A stretch of DNA of 64,000 nt from positions 1,408,001 through 1,472,000 of the forward strand of contig CAWDXG010000004.1 in assembly GCA_963806225.1 (NCBI GenBank), in the 5' to 3' direction. A model generated the notes under the pieces. The model was not told the DNA's origin. It ran no database searches and worked only from the letters and a program-made list of their open reading frames with translations. The position numbers and the translations under genes are program-made. Source of the DNA: an uncultured delta proteobacterium (lineage in GTDB: Bacteria; Myxococcota_A; Polyangia; Polyangiales; Polyangiaceae). Position 1 is the first letter of the stretch, and each line of letters starts with the position of its first letter. Of this stretch, positions 18,648 through 29,915 are shown piece after piece.

Positions 18648-19460
18648 ATGCGTACGCTGGCATGCCTGGGGACGCTGGCCTTGTTCTTGGCGGCGCGGGG
18701 CGCGCTCGCCGCACCCGGTGACGACGCGACCGCCGGATCGAAGGCGAGCGACACCGCCGCCGACGACGCCTCGGGCACGGCGGAGTCCGACACCGCCGCC
18801 GACGACGCCTCGGGCACGGAGAAATCCGACGACGCCAGTCCGACAAGCGACAAGGGCGGCGACGCAAAAGGCGACAAGAAAGAGGACGAGGCTCCGAGCT
18901 ACGGACACGGACGCCAGTTCGGTCTGCGCGCCGGCGTCTACGGCGGATACAACATGGTATTCCGCTACGATCGGTCGCCGTTCTGCTCCGTACCGAAGCC
19001 CAACAAGGCGACCAAGGACCAGCAGAAATTCTGCGGCCACCAGGCGCCCTTCGGCGCCGATCTGGCCCTCGCCTTCGCTCCGCTGGATTCCATCGAGCTG
19101 TTCCTCTGGGGGCGCTTCGGCTTCACCCGCGAAAAGGAAACCGACACCAATCCGCTGGTCGTCGTCGGCGCGGGTGCTCGCGTCTATACGATGAGCGACT
19201 CGGCGTTCAAGGTCTTCATCGAACCGGCGATCGGGCTGGAGCTGGAAGGGGGCGGCACGAAGGAAAACTGGCAGGCGACCAACGCCAACTACAATCCCGA
19301 GTACAAGCAGGACGTCATCTTCCACGTCGCGGCCGGGCCCCAGTACGACTTCGCGAAGAACGTCGGCATCTATCTCGATGCGGGCTTGACCGTGGGCATC
19401 CTGCGCTCCATCCACACCACGATGGAGCTCAACGGCGGCGTCCAGGCGCGCTTCCCCTGA
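18648..19460 (+). CDS. Exported, probable outer-membrane beta-barrel protein with acidic linker
   Basis: Signal peptide (ALA), D/S/A-rich linker, amphipathic beta strands, Cys pair, C-terminal VQARFP. Confidence 0.65.
   Translation: MRTLACLGTLALFLAARGALAAPGDDATAGSKASDTAADDASGTAESDTAADDASGTEKSDDASPTSDKGGDAKGDKKEDEAPSYGHGRQFGLRAGVYGGYNMVFRYDRSPFCSVPKPNKATKDQQKFCGHQAPFGADLALAFAPLDSIELFLWGRFGFTREKETDTNPLVVVGAGARVYTMSDSAFKVFIEPAIGLELEGGGTKENWQATNANYNPEYKQDVIFHVAAGPQYDFAKNVGIYLDAGLTVGILRSIHTTMELNGGVQARFP
18749..18819 (+). repeat. 32 bp exact direct repeat, 39 bp period ([10 protein letters not shown])
   Basis: 18749-18780 = 18788-18819. Confidence 0.9.
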
Positions 19461-19483
19461 GCTCGTCGACCCACGAGAGCAGC

Positions 19484-19963
19484 ATGACCGAACGACCCTT
19501 CCGCATCCTGGGAGTCCAGCAGATCGCCATCGGCGCGGCGGACAAGTCCGCCCTGCAGAAGCTCTGGCTCGACGTGCTCGGGCTGCAGAAGGTCGGGCAG
19601 TACAGGAGCGAGAAGGACAACGTCGACGAGGACATCGCCGTCGCAGGCAGCGGCCCGTTGCGCGTCGAGGTGGATCTCATGCAACCCCTCGATCCCGACG
19701 GGCGCCCCAGGGTGCACGAGCCGGCGCTGAACCACGTCGGGCTCTGGGTGGATGACCTCGATGTCGCCGTCCAGTGGCTCCAGAGCCAGGGCGTGCGCTT
19801 CACCCCCGGTGGCATCCGCAAGGGCGCGGCGGGCTACAACGTCTGCTTCATCCACCCGAAGGGAAACGAGCAGGCACCCATCGGTGGGGCCGGCGTCCTG
19901 ATCGAGCTCGTGCAGGCGCCCGCCGAGGTGCTCGCGGCGTTCGAGCGCGAAGCGACACGCTAG
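19484..19963 (+). CDS. mce: Methylmalonyl-CoA epimerase (VOC family)
   Basis: [38 protein letters not shown]; near meaB and the mutase. Confidence 0.85.
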   Translation: MTERPFRILGVQQIAIGAADKSALQKLWLDVLGLQKVGQYRSEKDNVDEDIAVAGSGPLRVEVDLMQPLDPDGRPRVHEPALNHVGLWVDDLDVAVQWLQSQGVRFTPGGIRKGAAGYNVCFIHPKGNEQAPIGGAGVLIELVQAPAEVLAAFEREATR

Positions 19964-19969
19964 AGGGCT

Positions 19970-20983
19970 CTAGTCGTCGAGCAGCGCCAGCAGACGGCGC
20001 GCGCCTTCGGTGGGCGTGATGCGGCTCGCATCGACGTCCTCGCGGATGCGGGGCAGGAGCGCCTGCACGTCTTCACGCGAGAAGAAGCGCTGCTCGAGCC
20101 CGTCGTGGATCATGCTGCCAAGCCAGGCTTCGCGCTGCTCTGCGCGGCGCCTTTCGAAGAGCCCGTGCACTTCGAGATGCCGGCGATGCTCGAGCACGAG
20201 CTTCCACACCTCGTCCATGCCGCGCTCCTCGAGCGCACTCGCGGTCACGACAGGTGGCGTCCAGCCTGCAGTGGGTGAGCGCAGCAGCGACAGCGCGCTC
20301 TTGAGCTGCGCGGCCGCGCGCCCAGCCGCCTTGACGTTGTCGCCGTCGGCCTTGTTGATCGCCAGGATGTCCGCCAGCTCCACGATCCCGCGCTTGATGC
20401 CCTGGAGCTCGTCGCCTGCGCCCGCCAGCATCAAGAGCAGGAAGCAGTCGACCATCGACGCCACCGTGTACTCGGACTGCCCGACGCCGACGGTTTCCAC
20501 GATCACCGTGTCGTAGCCCGCGGCCTCGCACAGCAGCATCGCCTCGCGCGTGCGCCGGGCCACGCCGCCCAGTGATCCCGCCGAGGGGCTCGGACGGATG
20601 AAGGACTGATCGTTCGCTGCCAGACGCGGCATGCGGGTCTTGTCGCCCAGGATGCTGCCGCCCGAGATCGAGCTCGACGGATCGACGGCCAGCACGGCCA
20701 CGCGATGCCCCTCGCCGATCAGGTACAGGCCGAAAGCCTCGATGAACGTGCTCTTGCCGACACCCGGAACACCGCTGATGCCGACGCGGAGCGCCTTGCC
20801 GGTATGGGGCAGGAGCTCCGAAAGCAGCTGCCGCGCTTCCGCCTGGTGATCGGCACGGGTGCTCTCGACGAGGGTGATCGCCTTCGCTAGCGCGCGGCGC
20901 TGGCCGCCGAGCACGGCGCCTGACAGGGGACTTCCGGGGGGCGGGGTCACGAAGAGATCCTGTCTGGGCGCTCGAGCGAGCAC
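19970..20983 (-). CDS. meaB: MeaB GTPase, paralogue 2
   Basis: ALAKAITLVES, GVPGVGKST, GGSILGDKTRM, FIRPSPS, GAGDELQGIKRG; alternative GTG start at 20950. Confidence 0.93.
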   Translation of the reverse strand: MLARAPRQDLFVTPPPGSPLSGAVLGGQRRALAKAITLVESTRADHQAEARQLLSELLPHTGKALRVGISGVPGVGKSTFIEAFGLYLIGEGHRVAVLAVDPSSSISGGSILGDKTRMPRLAANDQSFIRPSPSAGSLGGVARRTREAMLLCEAAGYDTVIVETVGVGQSEYTVASMVDCFLLLMLAGAGDELQGIKRGIVELADILAINKADGDNVKAAGRAAAQLKSALSLLRSPTAGWTPPVVTASALEERGMDEVWKLVLEHRRHLEVHGLFERRRAEQREAWLGSMIHDGLEQRFFSREDVQALLPRIREDVDASRITPTEGARRLLALLDD

Positions 20984-21025
20984 AAGTATCGTGCCCCCGG
21001 AAGGCCCGCTCGCCGCGAGCCGGGC

Positions 21026-21376
21026 TCACGCGGCCGGAGCCACGGCCCCGCCGACGGCGTCGTCCGCCCCGCTCTGTTCGACTTCGGCGAGACCGCTCTT
21101 TTCAAGCCACCACAAGAGCCCGACCAGAAGCGCGCGCCGGTCGTCGACGAAGGACGGCTTCTTCCTCTCGAAGGCGTGCCCGACGAACTGGAAGGTCCAA
21201 CCCACGCTGAACATGCCTGCTGCGAGCGGTAGGCCGACGAGCGTCGCGCCCACTGGAAGCGACCCCGCGATGAGCGGAATGCCGACGCTGTGACATTTCT
21301 GGTTCACGACGTTCTGGTGGTCGGCCTTGTAGCTGTCCATCAGCCGGGTCCACGTGCGGTTCAGCTTGATCTTCAT
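21026..21376 (-). CDS. DUF962/Mpo1-like membrane protein
   Basis: Y..DHQN..N...H.VGIP and GW.FQFVGH.FE.K.PSF motifs. Confidence 0.85.
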   Translation of the reverse strand: MKIKLNRTWTRLMDSYKADHQNVVNQKCHSVGIPLIAGSLPVGATLVGLPLAAGMFSVGWTFQFVGHAFERKKPSFVDDRRALLVGLLWWLEKSGLAEVEQSGADDAVGGAVAPAA

Positions 21377-21999
21377 GGGTCTCTTCCTGGTCCAAGTACG
21401 GCGAGCACGGCATCGAGCAGCGCACTCATGAAGCGTTCGTCGGAGACGACCTCGGCGCCGAGGACGTGTGCGTGCACGGCTCCCTCGATCATCGAAAACA
21501 GCACAAAAGCCGTCGCCTCCGCGTCGCCCGCGAAGCGCCAGCGCTCGAGCAATCCCCCGATGCGGCGCACCAGCGAAAGCTCGGCGGCCGAGGTCAGCTC
21601 GTCGAGCTGTCGGTCGGCGTGGCGGCGTTCGCTGAGCACGGCGTGCAGCCCCGGATCCTCGCGGTGGTAGTCGACGACGATGCGGACCATCGCGCGAACG
21701 CGATCGCGCGGCGTTCCCAGGTGGCCGTCGACGACCGCCAGCGCCCGGTCGGCAACGCAGCGCAGACGCTCGCTGGCGAGCTCGCAGAGCAGCGCGTCCT
21801 TGTCCGCGAAGTACTGGTAGAAGCTGCCCGTCGCAGAGCCGGCCCGCCGCGCGATGGACCGCGCGGTGGCGCCGGCATAGCCGCGCTCGCTGAACTCGTG
21901 CTGACCGGCTTCAACCAGCCGCGCGCGCGTGCGCACGGCGCGCGGCTGCAGCGGTCTGCGCGCGGCGCGCGCCGGAGCCCCGGTCTGCAAGGTCACCAT
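21373..21999 (-). CDS. TetR family regulator, 4 bp overlap with DUF962 gene
   Basis: Q.RA..TR.RL, FSERGYAGATARSIARRAG.ATGSFYQYF.DK. Confidence 0.9.
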   Translation of the reverse strand: MVTLQTGAPARAARRPLQPRAVRTRARLVEAGQHEFSERGYAGATARSIARRAGSATGSFYQYFADKDALLCELASERLRCVADRALAVVDGHLGTPRDRVRAMVRIVVDYHREDPGLHAVLSERRHADRQLDELTSAAELSLVRRIGGLLERWRFAGDAEATAFVLFSMIEGAVHAHVLGAEVVSDERFMSALLDAVLAVLGPGRDP

Positions 22000-22016
22000 G
22001 AGCGTAGGCTACGGAA

Positions 22017-22040
22017 TATGAACCCGAGGTCAAGTTCATA
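22017..22040. promoter_or_regulatory. Probable TetR operator
   Basis: TATGAAC-N10-GTTCATA palindrome 17 bp upstream of the tetR start. Confidence 0.65.
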
Positions 22041-22076
22041 ACTAGATCGCTTGTAGATCCAGGCACTTGACAGACT

Positions 22077-24404
22077 TCATGCGTCGAGGAGCTCGCGCAG
22101 CTTCTCGAGCAGCGCTCCGGCCGTGAACGGCTTGTGGAGGACGCGCGCGTCCTCCGGCAGCGCCCCGCGCCGACTGAGCGCATCGAAGCTGTGACCGGAC
22201 ATGTACAGGCAACGGATGTCCGGCCAGAGCGCGGCGATGCGATCAGCCAGCTCGCGCCCGTCGAGCCCCGGCATGACGATGTCGGTGATGACCACGTCGA
22301 CATGGTGTTCGGGCGCGCCGAGGATAGAAAGCGCTTCGTCTGCCCGGGATGCCTCGAGCACGTTGTAGCCATTGGCCTGCAAGATGCGCCGGGTGGCACG
22401 GCGCACGATCTCCTCGTCTTCGACCAGCAGGACGGTCTCGCTTCCACGGAGCTGCCGCGGCATTGCGGACGCGCGCCGCAGCGGTTCGCTGGGCCCTGCG
22501 CTCGGCGTGAGATACACCGTGAACAGCGTACCGCGGCCCAACCCGGACTCGACAGTGATGCCCGCCCCGCTCTGCTGCACGATGCCGTACACCGTCGACA
22601 GCCCGAGGCCGGTCCCCTTCCCCTGTTCCTTGGTGGTGAAGAAAGGCTCGAAGATGCGCACCTGCGTCGCCGCGTCCATGCCGGAGCCGGTGTCGCGCAC
22701 GCTCAGGGTCACATACCTGCCCGCTGGGATCTCGCCGTGCTGGCCCGCGAGCCCTTCTGCAAGATCCACGCGTCCGGTTCTGATCTCGATCTGGCCCCCG
22801 TGCTCCATCGCATCGCGCGCGTTGACGACCAGGTTGAGCACGACCTGCTCCAGCTGTCCGGGATCGATCAGGACGAAGCCTTCGTCCGCCGCAAACGACG
22901 CCGAAAGCTCGATGTCCTCACCGATCACGCGCTCCAGCATGCGCTGCATGCCGGCGATCAGCTCGGCGAGCCTCACGGTCCGCGGCTCGAGCATCTGCCG
23001 GCGGCTGAACGCCAGAAGCTGGCGCGTCAGAGCGGCCGCCCGCACCGCCGCCTGCCGGACCTCGTCCAGGTCCTCGTAGAAGGGATGACGAGGGTCGATT
23101 TCCGAGAGGACCGAGTCGCTGTTGGCGAGGATCGCGGTCAACAGGTTGTTGAAGTCGTGAGCGACTCCGCCGGCGAGCTGCCCGATCGCCTCCATCTTCT
23201 GTGCCTGGCGGAACTGGGCTTCCAGCGAGCGCTGCTCCGTTACGTCCTGGATGCTGCCCATGGCCTGGGTGACGCGGCCGTTTTCGACCGCCGGCGTCTC
23301 GCCGATCGACACCACGATCCGTTCGCCACCGTCGGACTGGCGGATGCGATACTCGACCTGGAACTCCTGGTGCTCCTGCAACGCCGTGGCGAGCGCCGCC
23401 GCGGCGTGGCCGCGATCATCCGGATGCACCGCGTCCAGCCAGACCTCGATCGACGGCGTGATCGAGCTGGGCTCGAGGCCGAGAATGCGGTAGTGCTCGT
23501 CGGACCAGTACAGCTCGCCCTTGTCCGTGTCCCAGAGCCAGCTGCCCAGGTGCGCGGTGCGCTCGGCCGCAGCCAGCGTCAATTCGCTGGTACGGAGCGC
23601 CTCCTCGGCCTGCTTGCGCCGGGTGAACTGCTCGATCTGCTCCGCGATGTCCGACGCCATGCGCAGGAGCTCGTCCACAGCCACGAGATGCCGCCGCCCC
23701 GCGAGGGCGAGCACCGCCTCGACACGCCCACGCGAACCGACAGGAATCGCCAGCGCAACCCGGAGCGAATAGTCATCGCGCAGGCGACTCGAAGCCGGGG
23801 TGGAAGGACTGGACAGGTCGTTGGACGCGACGGGCACGCCCTCCGCCCACGCGCGGCCTGACAGGCCGTTTCCTCTTGAAAGCAGGCCGAAGCCATCGAG
23901 GTGGTCGGAAGCGAGTGGAGGTAGCCCGGGAAGCGTCCAGCTGTCATGCAGCCGCAGGCGGTCCAGAGCCTCGTCGACGTGCCAGAGGAAGCCCAGGTCG
24001 AGTTCCAGATGGGTCGTGAGCTCGACCAGGAGATGCGAAAGCGCCTCGTCGAGGCTCCTCGCCTTGCCGAGGACGCGGGTGACAGCGAATTGCGCCTGCT
24101 GGTGCTGCCGGGCGCGCTTCTGCTCGGTGACGTCACGCAGCACCGAGAGATGCCGCCCGGGCATGACGTTGGCAGTCGCCGAGAAGTCCGCCACGCGCAG
24201 CGTGCCGTCCGGCCGCACGACCATGAACTCGCCGCGCGCCGTGCCTGCTTCGCGGAATGCCCGCCACGCCGCGGACGCGTCGCGCCCAGGCGGCGCGATG
24301 TCGGTCGAGGTCAGCCCGATCGCCTGTTCGCGCGTGCGTCCGATCAGCTCGCAGGCCGCCGGGTTCACGTCCACGTAGTTGCCGTCGTCGTCGGCGATGA
24401 TCAT
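22077..24404 (-). CDS. Hybrid sensor kinase PAS-GAF-PAS-HisKA-HATPase-REC, possibly 5'-truncated
   Basis: QAQKMEAIGQLAGGVAHDFNNLL, NLVVNARDAM, DTGSGM, FFTTK, GTGLGL, receiver LLVEDE/TDIVMP/KPF; begins inside a PAS fold. Confidence 0.9.
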   Translation of the reverse strand: MIIADDDGNYVDVNPAACELIGRTREQAIGLTSTDIAPPGRDASAAWRAFREAGTARGEFMVVRPDGTLRVADFSATANVMPGRHLSVLRDVTEQKRARQHQQAQFAVTRVLGKARSLDEALSHLLVELTTHLELDLGFLWHVDEALDRLRLHDSWTLPGLPPLASDHLDGFGLLSRGNGLSGRAWAEGVPVASNDLSSPSTPASSRLRDDYSLRVALAIPVGSRGRVEAVLALAGRRHLVAVDELLRMASDIAEQIEQFTRRKQAEEALRTSELTLAAAERTAHLGSWLWDTDKGELYWSDEHYRILGLEPSSITPSIEVWLDAVHPDDRGHAAAALATALQEHQEFQVEYRIRQSDGGERIVVSIGETPAVENGRVTQAMGSIQDVTEQRSLEAQFRQAQKMEAIGQLAGGVAHDFNNLLTAILANSDSVLSEIDPRHPFYEDLDEVRQAAVRAAALTRQLLAFSRRQMLEPRTVRLAELIAGMQRMLERVIGEDIELSASFAADEGFVLIDPGQLEQVVLNLVVNARDAMEHGGQIEIRTGRVDLAEGLAGQHGEIPAGRYVTLSVRDTGSGMDAATQVRIFEPFFTTKEQGKGTGLGLSTVYGIVQQSGAGITVESGLGRGTLFTVYLTPSAGPSEPLRRASAMPRQLRGSETVLLVEDEEIVRRATRRILQANGYNVLEASRADEALSILGAPEHHVDVVITDIVMPGLDGRELADRIAALWPDIRCLYMSGHSFDALSRRGALPEDARVLHKPFTAGALLEKLRELLDA

Positions 24405-24714
24405 GCTTCATCCCGCGTGACTTGACCACGGTCAGCGCGCGATTGCGTTCGCCGCCGTTCACCAGGTAGCTGAGGTGGACCCAGGTGTCGGCGATGGTGG
24501 AGATGCCAGCTGCCGTCGACTCCACTCCCGCGGCGGCGCTTTCCAGCAGCGACGTGGACAGGATGGTGACGCCACGGGTCTTGGCAAAATCGAGCAGCCG
24601 TACGGCCGTGTCCTCCGCCGCCGACGGACCGCCGGCGTGCTCCAGCGCGGAGATGGGGTCGATGACGACCGAGCGAGCGCTGTGCTCCTCGATGAGCCGA
24701 GCGATACGGCGCCC
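24403..24714 (-). pseudogene. kaiC: Internal fragment of KaiC-family ATPase (C-terminal domain)
   Basis: VVIDPISAL, RLLDFAKTRGVT, GISTIADTWVHL, GERNRALTVVKSRG; in-frame TAG at 24715-24717 upstream, no Walker A. Confidence 0.8.
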
Positions 24715-24805
24715 CTACGACAGCCACGACTGAATCCCGCATGGCGTCAGCATCGCCCGCGAGCTCGACCGGGCGCTCCCGCCCTTCCGACTGACCGGCA
24801 TCCGC

Positions 24806-25747
24806 GTGATGCAAGTCAACTTCGGCACGCCCCGCACCCAGCCCGCGAGATCCACCGACCACGACCACGACCGCGGGCGCGGCTTGGAATGGCGGACCGT
24901 TGCCGATACCGTCGGAGACAGGATTGGAGATGGGATCTCGACTTCGACGCCAGCCGGCACGCTCTGTCTGTGCGGGCGCGGGACGCTCCTGGCGGCGCTG
25001 CTGCTGCTCGGCTGCGACACGCATCCGGCGAAGGCGGATCCAGGACCCAGAGCGTCGGCGGCACCCGCTGCCGCGGCAAGCTCCGCGTTCCACGCCGCAA
25101 CGAAAAGCCCGGCTTCGGCGGCGAGCGCCACCGGCCCCAGCTGTCGCGAGCAGACCGCACAGGCCTTCCTGCTTCGCCGCGGACAGATCGCCAAGCCGCA
25201 CGCGTCGCCTGCCGAGCGGCGGGAGATCCTGGCGGCCCGCAAGCGCAGCATCGACTACCGGACGCGCGAGTACGGGCGCTTCCCGGGCTTCGGCAGCCCG
25301 GGCGACAACCCGCACCCACCGCGCTACTACGCCGAGCGAACGACTTTCATGGGCCTCGATGTAGTGCTCAATCGCAGGATCGTGCCGGCGCTACATTGCG
25401 TGGAAGCGGCCCTCGAGCGCGACTGTGCCGCGCACCCCTACCAGCCGCGGCACCTGAGCGGCATGCGGTTTTCCAACACCTACAAGGACTACGAGATCTC
25501 CAACCACGTCTATGGCATCGCGATCGACATCGATCCCGAGCTGAACCCGTGCTGCGATTGCGTAGGGCGCTGGAGCCAGAAGAAGATCTGCCGGAAGAAG
25601 GTCGATTCCCCGTTCGACCGCATGGCCATGCCACGCTGCTGGGTGAAGGTGTTCGAGCGCTACGGCTTCCACTGGCTGGGGCACGACGAGCTCCACGACA
25701 CGATGCACTTCGAGTTTCTCGGGGATCCGGACCGGATTCTCGAGTAG
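24806..25747 (+). CDS. M15 family Zn peptidase (D,D/L,D-carboxypeptidase-like) lipoprotein; start uncertain
   Basis: SNHVYGIAIDID (SxHxxGxAxD), DTMHFEF, lipobox LLGC. Confidence 0.85.
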   Translation: MMQVNFGTPRTQPARSTDHDHDRGRGLEWRTVADTVGDRIGDGISTSTPAGTLCLCGRGTLLAALLLLGCDTHPAKADPGPRASAAPAAAASSAFHAATKSPASAASATGPSCREQTAQAFLLRRGQIAKPHASPAERREILAARKRSIDYRTREYGRFPGFGSPGDNPHPPRYYAERTTFMGLDVVLNRRIVPALHCVEAALERDCAAHPYQPRHLSGMRFSNTYKDYEISNHVYGIAIDIDPELNPCCDCVGRWSQKKICRKKVDSPFDRMAMPRCWVKVFERYGFHWLGHDELHDTMHFEFLGDPDRILE

Positions 25748-25770
25748 GCGGCGGGTGGAGGAGTTCGAAG

Positions 25771-27922
<2,152 letters not shown>

Positions 27923-27970
27923 GGCACCGCTTCCATAGCATTTGAGGGCGGCGGCACCGCCTTCGGGCAG

Positions 27971-29266
27971 TCAGCCGGAGTGGGCCTGCTTGCGGCGCCG
28001 CAGGATCTGCTCCACCGCCTCGCCCGCTGCGGCCACCAGGCTGTCGGCGCGTCGCGTCGCCTCGAAGGAGCTGACAAATCCCGCCGCAACGACCATCAGC
28101 GCTGCGCGCCCGGAAACGACAACCGGAACGACGTAGATCTCGTCGGTCTCGCCGAGCAGCTCGCTCAGCCCGTCGTGGACCTGGGTCCGCGGCAGGGGCC
28201 CCAGGTAGAACCCGGCCTCGACGGCCGTCGCCAGCACGCTGGGCTCGCCGACTGGAACGCGCAGGGCGCGGATGCGTTCGGTCGCTCCGGTAGTGCCGGT
28301 CCGGCCGTCGTAGCTCGCGTTCCGCACGGCCAGCACGACCACGCACCGGGCCACGGAGCTCAACCCCGCCACCAGCTGGCGCGCCACCGCGTCGGGCGTA
28401 TCGGCCTCGGCCAGCGCCATCAGCGCGAGGCCGAAGTCGTCCGCGGAACGCAGGGAGGCGCCGCTCTCGACAGCGACCTCGCTGCTCGCGGGAGGCTTCG
28501 AACGGAACAGGCCGATCACCGGATCGCCGGCTTCATCTTCGAGCACTTCGATCGCTGGCGGTTTGACCGCCCCGACGCCCGGGTTGGTTCCTCGGCGGTG
28601 CGGCCAGCGGCCGGGCGCGATGGACCGTCGCACCAGCGGGATGGGAGGCTCGCTGCCCCGGGCGTCCGGCGGTCTGGAATCGTGGGGCGGCGGCGGCCGG
28701 GACGCGGGTAGACCGCGCGGCTGCGTGGTCGTGCGACGACGGTCGAGACGGGCGGGACCCTCGCGGCGGACCGCCGGCATGCCGAACGCGGGGGTGCCAG
28801 CGCTGTCACCGTGATCGGGAGCCGGCACGAGCCGCGGGGCGATCGGCGTGTCCGGAAGCGTCTCCAGCACCGCCAGAAGCTCGGCCAGAGGGGCGCGCAG
28901 AATGCGGACCGGCGCGCCCAGATGAAAGACGAACTCCGCCGCGAGGTGACTATCGAGCGGGTCGACCGCCGCCACGTCGACGGTGCCGGTGCGGCCGTCC
29001 TGCCGCACGGGCACGGCGAGCAGATGCGGGCAGAGCCCCACCGGCAGCTTCGCCACCAGCTCGGGGACGGCGCGCACCGTCCGGAGCAGCGGCGCGGCGC
29101 ACCGGGCGAGCTCCCGCTCAAGCAACTGGGCCAGAACCGGACCGCGCTCGGCGAAGGCGAGCGGAAATGCGATGCCACGCTGCATCGAATCGAGCAGCGC
29201 CGCCTCGATATCGCCTTCGGGCACGACCCCGCTCCGGGCCAACCGCAGCGCAAGATCCACGCTCAC
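27971..29266 (-). CDS. Hypothetical protein: GspE N-terminal-like domain, Pro-rich linker, GAF-like domain
   Basis: LP..LC..LLAVPVR...VDVAAVDPLD pattern; C-terminal YVVPVVVSGR GAF-like strand. Confidence 0.6.
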   Translation of the reverse strand: MSVDLALRLARSGVVPEGDIEAALLDSMQRGIAFPLAFAERGPVLAQLLERELARCAAPLLRTVRAVPELVAKLPVGLCPHLLAVPVRQDGRTGTVDVAAVDPLDSHLAAEFVFHLGAPVRILRAPLAELLAVLETLPDTPIAPRLVPAPDHGDSAGTPAFGMPAVRREGPARLDRRRTTTQPRGLPASRPPPPHDSRPPDARGSEPPIPLVRRSIAPGRWPHRRGTNPGVGAVKPPAIEVLEDEAGDPVIGLFRSKPPASSEVAVESGASLRSADDFGLALMALAEADTPDAVARQLVAGLSSVARCVVVLAVRNASYDGRTGTTGATERIRALRVPVGEPSVLATAVEAGFYLGPLPRTQVHDGLSELLGETDEIYVVPVVVSGRAALMVVAAGFVSSFEATRRADSLVAAAGEAVEQILRRRKQAHSG

Positions 29267-29428
29267 GCCGGCATGGTTATCCGGAGACGTGGCCGCTGCA
29301 ACCGGTGGGCAGCGCCGCGAGCGACAGCGCGCGCCGAGCGTAGCGAGGCGCGGCGGGGTGCTCGAGGAGCGGTGAGCCCCCGCGAGGAGGATTCCGGTGG
29401 GGGCGGGAGGGTGGGTGCGACCCGGCGC

Positions 29429-29704
29429 CTACTGCTTGAACTGGAAGACGACCTCGGTCTGGCGCACCAGTCCCAGCTCGTCCCTGGCCACCCGCTCGAC
29501 CGCGGCGGGATCGTCCTTGATGCGCTTGACCTGGGCCCTGAGCTGCCGGATCTGCTCGGTGAGCCGCACCACCTCGACGTCGGAGCTCCGCTTCTCCTTC
29601 TCGAGGTTGTCGAGGCGCTGGACGCCGCCCGGAGCCAGGATCATCACCGGAACGGCCACGACGGCGAGGACCAGGATCGCGATGGGCAGGACCCGCTGGA
29701 CCAT
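29429..29704 (-). CDS. ftsB: Septum formation initiator FtsB/DivIC
   Basis: TM helix, coiled coil, VERVARDELGLVR..EVVF. Confidence 0.85.
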   Translation of the reverse strand: MVQRVLPIAILVLAVVAVPVMILAPGGVQRLDNLEKEKRSSDVEVVRLTEQIRQLRAQVKRIKDDPAAVERVARDELGLVRQTEVVFQFKQ

Positions 29705-29915
29705 TAGCTTGCCGGAGGACACGAGGCGAACCTGACACGCCGCCGGCAGCAAATGCCAGAAAGCCGCAGGGACGCCGCCCGGACCACGCCGGCCTGCCCC
29801 AGACAAGGGGGCCGCTACGGTATTGTTTCGCCAATATTTTCGTTACAATCCGCCCCCCTGGCGCCCGGGGCGGGCGCGTCCCGGACGGACCGGAAACGTC
29901 TACCAAGGAAGAACA

